64,000 bases of DNA from Candidatus Doudnabacteria bacterium (GTDB taxonomy: Bacteria > Patescibacteriota > Doudnabacteria > UBA920 > VMFF01). The stretch covers positions 23,317 through 87,316 of the forward strand of contig JAQBQP010000003.1 of the NCBI GenBank assembly GCA_028286905.1. Direction: 5' to 3'. Below are positions 58,434-64,000 of this stretch, piece by piece. The number at the start of each line of letters is the position of its first letter. Positions within the stretch are counted from its first letter, which is position 1. The notes under the pieces were generated by a model that did not search any database, was not told where the DNA came from, and saw only the letters and a program-made list of their open reading frames with translations. A program made the translations under genes and the position numbers.

Positions 58434-59045
58434 TTACTTTGCTGGGGTTACCGGTGGAGTTGTTACTGGAGTGTTGGTAGCAGGAGCAACTGGCGCGCCG
58501 TTTGGATTTTTCTTGTAAGCGTCGATTGCTTGAGAAACTTTTCCATCAGCCTTTAAATCTTCAAAGAACAAGATTTGAGTACGGTTGATTTGCATTGAAT
58601 CAACAGGACCATGCAATTCGTTACCAAGTTTTACTAAAGATAATTGAGGCTGTTGGTCAGCAGTCGCAGCTGTTTGAGCAGCAGTTGTGCCAGCAGATTG
58701 CAAAGCTTGATTTACTTGTAAGTAATAAATATCTTTAAGTGTTACGTAGTCACTGCTTGGATTGCTAATTTTACCGAAGTAAACTTGTCCGTTTGTTAAG
58801 AATACCGCTTGGTAGCCGGAAAGCTTATCTGCTGTAGCAGTGCCATTACCGCTTAATTTATCTCTGAATAAGAAACCTAGAACTCCTAACACTACCAGTA
58901 CTACAACGGCTAGGATAATCCATGGCACCTTCGAACCAGATCGAGCTGGTCCGGTTGATTGCGGAATTGGGTGATGCATTGGTTGGTGCATAGGTTGCTG
59001 AGCAGGCTGTTGACCTGATTGAACATTGATTGGTTGATTTGCCAT
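58434..59045 (-). CDS. Conserved CPR-type membrane-anchored protein
   Basis: TM followed by YQAVFLTNGQVYFGK...LVKLGNELHGP. Confidence 0.8.
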   Translation of the reverse strand: MANQPINVQSGQQPAQQPMHQPMHHPIPQSTGPARSGSKVPWIILAVVVLVVLGVLGFLFRDKLSGNGTATADKLSGYQAVFLTNGQVYFGKISNPSSDYVTLKDIYYLQVNQALQSAGTTAAQTAATADQQPQLSLVKLGNELHGPVDSMQINRTQILFFEDLKADGKVSQAIDAYKKNPNGAPVAPATNTPVTTPPVTPAK

Positions 59046-59192
59046 ATTTTTTATATTTGAAAATTATTAATTTAATTGATCCTGCAAACTTATATCACGA
59101 CTGCAACGATAGAGTCCAACATCTTACAGCATTAAACTACATTCGGTGCACCGCGCGCGGCCTGCGTAAAAGCACGCCGGAAGCACGCCAAC

Positions 59193-60080
59193 CTAACAGC
59201 GCAAAATTTCAAACGCATTAAAAGAAACAGCTGGCATTTTATTTATATATAGAGCGACGTCCCCTGTACTAAGACGCACACCGACACTAACCGATTCTTT
59301 TTGATCAGAGAAGTTTTGTCCCCCGCTGACAACTCCAGTTGTAGATTCCGCTTGCCCTCTACCAGCTGCAAAAGAATAAGCAATAATTTTTTGCGCCTTT
59401 TGTACAATCAAAATTTGCGCAGCATAAGTATTTGGGTGCTCTTTGACACTAACCGCACTTTGAGAATGCAGCACACCTACAGAAAGTTCAATACAGTTTT
59501 GACTCAGATTAGGGTCTAAATGATAGGCTTGTTGGGTTAAAATATTTTGAGGATTTCCAGATGCAAGGTCTACAGCGTTTTGCAATTTTACATTTGTCAG
59601 AGCCGCTTTCATAGATCCGGTGTTGCCAACTGCAGTTGTAGATTTTAAAGTTGTACCGTTATTAGCACTATCGCTTTCATCAATTGCACTGCCATCGTTC
59701 TCTCGGGCGCTAATGCTAGTTCCAACCGCACATCCACCATAAGAAATTATTCCACTAACGTCTTTTGTTTCGATTGGGGCAGTTAAAGAAATATCAAAAC
59801 TTGTCGCTAATTGCGACGAAGATAGCTGCTCGGACGTCGCTTGGATACCACCATTTTCTGAACCAGTTCCAGCAGCTAAGCCACCGGCATTACCGCCTAA
59901 AAAAGCATCGGCGCGTAAGCCATAACCAAAGATCGTGGCAAGCACTAATAAGTTGATGAATACCCTTTTAAATTGAGGCTTTTGTTTGATTATCATGCGG
60001 TCTTTATATGCCTGTATTATAGCATAAAATAAAGCGCTAACGGGGATAACTTTTTGTCGTGAATATAAAATAAGGCGCAT
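59193..60080 (-). CDS. Hypothetical exported protein (start probably the internal MIIKQ)
   Basis: Signal-like segment; ends FEILRC. Confidence 0.65.
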   Translation of the reverse strand: MRLILYSRQKVIPVSALFYAIIQAYKDRMIIKQKPQFKRVFINLLVLATIFGYGLRADAFLGGNAGGLAAGTGSENGGIQATSEQLSSSQLATSFDISLTAPIETKDVSGIISYGGCAVGTSISARENDGSAIDESDSANNGTTLKSTTAVGNTGSMKAALTNVKLQNAVDLASGNPQNILTQQAYHLDPNLSQNCIELSVGVLHSQSAVSVKEHPNTYAAQILIVQKAQKIIAYSFAAGRGQAESTTGVVSGGQNFSDQKESVSVGVRLSTGDVALYINKMPAVSFNAFEILRC

Positions 60081-60190
60081 AAAAAAAGAAAATAAAACTG
60101 CCTTTTAAGCAGTTTTATTTGTTAGGATTCGAATTACGCAAAAGAGCCTAAATGCAAATTTTACGTTATAAGATTATATCGATCTAAGGG

Positions 60191-63100
60191 CTAAGGAGCA
60201 GCTCCAATTCCACCGCCATTTCCACCGCCATTAACTGGCGTGCCGCCACCGCTTCCGCCGCTTCCGCCGGTGCCAGCATTTCCACCGCCATTAACTGGCG
60301 TGCCGCCACCCGTGCCGCCATCGAGCGCAGAACTGCTAGAGCCGCCGCCAATTATATAAAACGCCCAACAAGGTCCATTGTTTCCGCTGTTCACAATTGT
60401 ATAATTGACTCCCGGATTACTTCCACCGGAACAAGTCGAGTCCATAACAATTAAATAATTTACAATGATACTGCCGTTAAAAGTTGCGGTCCATTGGCTG
60501 CCGCCCGTTGTGGATTTCAATTTAATCGGCGCGCCTGCCACTCCTTGGACCCCAAACGTTCCTGCAAAAGTATAAGTGCCGCCTGCTTTGAATTGTAAGA
60601 TTGCACCGGGCGAGGCTGAGGTACCAGTAAAATTATTAAAGACAATATTGTTTGCACCTTTTACATTCGCAGTTACCCCTCCGGCAAAATTCATTGTTAC
60701 AGTCCCAGAGTTATGGGTGAATGTTCCATCGTTGGTTAAATCGCCGCCGATTACCAAAGCATTAGGCGCTGTTAAAGTTCCAGTGCTAGCAATATTTACG
60801 CCGTTAGTCGTAGTGGTCGTATCCGCTGCTCCAGTGTAAGTGCCTTTGATTAAAATATTATCGACATTAACATTTCCCCCGGGAACAAAGGTTTTACTTG
60901 CATCAACAAACAATTCTGTACCGCTATCGCCAACTATGTTTGTGCCATTGGAGTCTACCGGAATATCTGTATCCTGGGTTTTGTCATAAGTATTTATATC
61001 CGAATTAGTCACGGAAGATCCTGTTTCATATCTCAACCAGATGACATTTTTAGTCGGCATCAAACTAGTAATATTAGTAGAGCTATTTACTGCTCTGGTG
61101 TAGAGCACCCCTTTATTGCCGCCATTTGTATCTAGATAAACCACAACGATGTTATTCGTTGCTGCAGTTTTGTTAATAGTAAAGGCGCCGGTACTGGCGT
61201 TACAGGAAACGCGCGATTTAGCTGCGCCGTTCACAGCAATAGAAATATTTTTAGTTGTACCGTCGCATCCCGTCCAAACAGTTGGACTGACTAATTGATC
61301 TTGATATACATTTCCGGAAATTATAATCGTCGAAGGGAAAACCCAGCAAGCAGCATTGTTGCTAATATTAATTGAAGTATCATCCAAAGTTAGATTAGAT
61401 GTACCAGTGTCGCATCCAGAGTCTTGGATATTTGCATAGGTTACGGAAGACTGTGCCGAATTAAAATGCGGCAGCCATTGCGAACCATTTGTGTCAGATT
61501 GAATAGTAATTAAACTCGTTGGCGTACCTGTGATTAAAAAGGTTCCTGCAAGGGTAAAGACCGGCGCACCGGTCGTAGCTTTTTTAAACTTTATGGTTTT
61601 GCCCGCAGTGGTTGAAGTTATGTTATTAAAAGTTGTGCCGCTAGAAATAGTAACCGCGCTGGTTTGAGTGTTGTCATTAAAAACAACGGTTCCCGAGTTA
61701 TGCGTAAAGCTCCCGCTATTATCAAAGTTCCGTCCAATCGTCAGCGTTCCCGAGGTCGAAGTAAAAGCAGCGTTTGCCGCAATACTGAAATCAACCCCAA
61801 CACTAATAGTTGGGTTGTAAGTAGCCGCAGTGGTTGTTAAAGCGTTGGTACCATTCCCCACAACCAAGTTATTCGTCACTGCCAAAACCTGTGAGACTGC
61901 TGTGCCCAGAGTATAAGTAACCGTTCCCGCTGGGACTAATGATAAATTATAGAAGGTAATGTTGCCGGAGGTAAAATTAGATATTTCAGTTGCCGAGCTG
62001 CCGGTATAAGCTACAGTTCCGGTGGACTGGGTAAAAGTCCCATTATTTATTAGCGGCCTGGAGGCGCCGGTCCCCGATCCGGTTATAGTTAACTTGTTTG
62101 AACCATTCGCAGAAAAAGTTTGCGAGGAGTTAATTAGCAAAGTAGTTACCAATACATCTGAACCTAAATTAACAGTAGTGTTAGTGCCATTTACCGCAAT
62201 CGTAATATTTCCCAAATTTTGTTTGGTGGTTGTATTATCAGTCACTGTTTGTGTGCCGCCCTTCATTAATGTAACTGTGGCAGTCGGACTAAGAAATATT
62301 GCATTGGCATTAATAACCCAATTTCCACCTAGGTTAATCACGTTGCCATAACCGGTAGCCGCACTATCATCTAGTGTTAAAGCATTTGTAGCATCCCCGA
62401 TTGTAAAATTACCATTTACTGTAAAGGTTTGAGAGGTAGCTGTACCAAGTTTATAAGTTACCGTTGCGGCAGGATCTATTATTAAATTGTTGTAGGTGAC
62501 ATTACCTGAAGTAACACTTGCAACCTCCGTTGTTGAAGTGCCAATGAACTCTACAGTTCCGGTTGACTGAGTAAAGGTCCCGCTGTTAAGCAGTGGCCTA
62601 GCAGCCGCAACACCAGATCCGGTAATAGTTAAAGTATTTGAGCCATTAGCTGTGAAAGTTTGCGAAGCATTTATTGTTAAAGATGTAAGTTTTACCGAAG
62701 AAGCTAAGCTTAAAGTAGTATTAGTTCCGTTAACAGCAACGACTACTGCGCCAACATCCTGCTTCGCTGTAGCGTTGTCTGTTAAAGTTTGGGTGCCGCC
62801 TCTTTTGAAAGTGGTTACGCCAGTACCTTTTATATAAAGCGCATTAGCGTTAATAGTAACGTTGCCGAGGTAATTAATAGTTGAGTTATAGGTGCTGTGC
62901 GAGAATTGAACAGCATTGGTGCTATCTCCAATAACTAAATTACCATTAACCGTTAAAGTTTGTGAAGCAGCCGTGCCGCCGCGAAAGTTTGGAGTACATC
63001 CGCAACCGCCCGGGGATTCTATCGTTAAATTGTTGTAGGTGACATTGTCCGAAGTAACATTTGCAATTTCGGTGTTGCCATTGATAGCGTTTTTATAATC

Positions 63101-64000
63101 AATCGTTCCACTTGATTGGATAACTATACCATTGTTAATTAAAGGTCTAGCGGCTCCGGTGCCAGAACCAGTTATCGTAATTACTGTCGAGCCGTTAAAA
63201 TCTAATGTTTGAGAAGCATTAATAAGTAAAGATGTTAGTTTTAAGGATGTAAATAAATCAACTGTGGAGGCTGCGCCACCACCGCTTGCCGCAATTACAA
63301 CGGCACCTAAATCTTGTTTTGATGAGGTGTTATCCGAAACCCCTACTGTGTTACCACTGTTCAAAGTTGTAACACCTGAACCCTTGGTGTAGGCAGCCGC
63401 CGAACCAATAGCCAAACTTCCTGCAATATTAATAGTTGGATTATAAGTTGCTGAGGTTAGCGTCAGCGCATTGGTACTATCTCCTATTGTTAGAGTAGCT
63501 GCCGTAAGTGTTTGCGAAGCAGCTGTGCCCAAAGTATACGTAACGGTTGCAGCGGGATCTAAAGTTAAAGCATTGTAAGTGACATTATCCGAAGTAAGAT
63601 CGGAAATTTCTGTTGCCGAAGTTCCCGCATATTCCGTTATCCCAGTAGATTTTGTAAATGTACCGCTGTTAATTAAAGGTCTAGAGGCTCCGGTGCCGGA
63701 ACCAGTTAGTGTTAAAGTATTAGAGCCATTGAAGTCCAAGGTTTGCGAAGCAGCAACATTAATTTTTGTAGCTTTTATAGAAGAGCCCAATTTTAATGTG
63801 CTTGCGGCACCCGTACTTGCTGCAGTAAATGCTGCAATCTCTACCTCCCAAAGATTCGAAGTAGTATATGTCCAGGATGTAGAATACGACCCAGTAGTGG
63901 AACCTACGACCAAATAAGCATATTGATTTACAGCAATGAAAGTAAAGCCGCTTGTTGGGCCTGACGAGAACGCTCCCCCTCGGCGACCCGCAGCAATTAA
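60191..64000 (-). CDS. Very large T/G/N/S-rich repetitive surface protein (beta-helix/adhesin-like); 5' end lies outside the window
   Basis: Frame stays open from 63913 to 64000; recurring INASQT.FNGSNTLTITGSG.GA.RPL.N.GTF modules; Gly-rich C-terminus. Confidence 0.85.
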   Translation of the reverse strand, partial: LIAAGRRGGAFSSGPTSGFTFIAVNQYAYLVVGSTTGSYSTSWTYTTSNLWEVEIAAFTAASTGAASTLKLGSSIKATKINVAASQTLDFNGSNTLTLTGSGTGASRPLINSGTFTKSTGITEYAGTSATEISDLTSDNVTYNALTLDPAATVTYTLGTAASQTLTAATLTIGDSTNALTLTSATYNPTINIAGSLAIGSAAAYTKGSGVTTLNSGNTVGVSDNTSSKQDLGAVVIAASGGGAASTVDLFTSLKLTSLLINASQTLDFNGSTVITITGSGTGAARPLINNGIVIQSSGTIDYKNAINGNTEIANVTSDNVTYNNLTIESPGGCGCTPNFRGGTAASQTLTVNGNLVIGDSTNAVQFSHSTYNSTINYLGNVTINANALYIKGTGVTTFKRGGTQTLTDNATAKQDVGAVVVAVNGTNTTLSLASSVKLTSLTINASQTFTANGSNTLTITGSGVAAARPLLNSGTFTQSTGTVEFIGTSTTEVASVTSGNVTYNNLIIDPAATVTYKLGTATSQTFTVNGNFTIGDATNALTLDDSAATGYGNVINLGGNWVINANAIFLSPTATVTLMKGGTQTVTDNTTTKQNLGNITIAVNGTNTTVNLGSDVLVTTLLINSSQTFSANGSNKLTITGSGTGASRPLINNGTFTQSTGTVAYTGSSATEISNFTSGNITFYNLSLVPAGTVTYTLGTAVSQVLAVTNNLVVGNGTNALTTTAATYNPTISVGVDFSIAANAAFTSTSGTLTIGRNFDNSGSFTHNSGTVVFNDNTQTSAVTISSGTTFNNITSTTAGKTIKFKKATTGAPVFTLAGTFLITGTPTSLITIQSDTNGSQWLPHFNSAQSSVTYANIQDSGCDTGTSNLTLDDTSINISNNAACWVFPSTIIISGNVYQDQLVSPTVWTGCDGTTKNISIAVNGAAKSRVSCNASTGAFTINKTAATNNIVVVYLDTNGGNKGVLYTRAVNSSTNITSLMPTKNVIWLRYETGSSVTNSDINTYDKTQDTDIPVDSNGTNIVGDSGTELFVDASKTFVPGGNVNVDNILIKGTYTGAADTTTTTNGVNIASTGTLTAPNALVIGGDLTNDGTFTHNSGTVTMNFAGGVTANVKGANNIVFNNFTGTSASPGAILQFKAGGTYTFAGTFGVQGVAGAPIKLKSTTGGSQWTATFNGSIIVNYLIVMDSTCSGGSNPGVNYTIVNSGNNGPCWAFYIIGGGSSSSALDGGTGGGTPVNGGGNAGTGGSGGSGGGTPVNGGGNGGGIGAAP

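Overview
A 64-kb, AT-rich chromosomal segment that looks like a Patescibacteria (CPR) genome. The lineage call is an inference from a CPR-style type IV pilin, a VirB6/TrbL-like membrane protein, tandem C39-like peptidases, a YQAVFLTNGQVYFG-family protein, a giant T/G/N-rich surface protein and the lack of amino-acid or nucleotide biosynthesis genes. Housekeeping genes: rsmA, pcrA/uvrD, recO, ileS (type 2), argS, smpB, ssrA (tmRNA), a cold-shock gene and infC-rpmI-rplT. Accessory modules: a MarR-controlled heterodimeric ABC exporter, an ApbE/FMN-binding/RnfD-FNR flavinylation operon, a three-gene ABC-3C/Lamassu-type defence cassette next to the tmRNA 3' end, and a GH8 + PilZ-less cellulose-synthase-like GT2 + GT-C + GH6 glycan locus. 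Most notable sequence-level observations: (1) a RAYT/HUH nuclease gene flanked by inverted ~68-bp repeats built from 13-bp CCT-phased units ending in a DnaA-box-like 9-mer, with three more copies dispersed at gene boundaries; (2) an Ile T-box with a very short stem I; (3) a leaderless leader-peptide attenuator ahead of an ORFan; (4) scattered GC-rich singleton genes, including a PEP-CTERM protein; (5) a shared CTTCAT-N5-CTTCAT promoter motif; (6) a frameshifted kinase-like gene. No database searches were run, so family calls rest on motifs recognised by eye.
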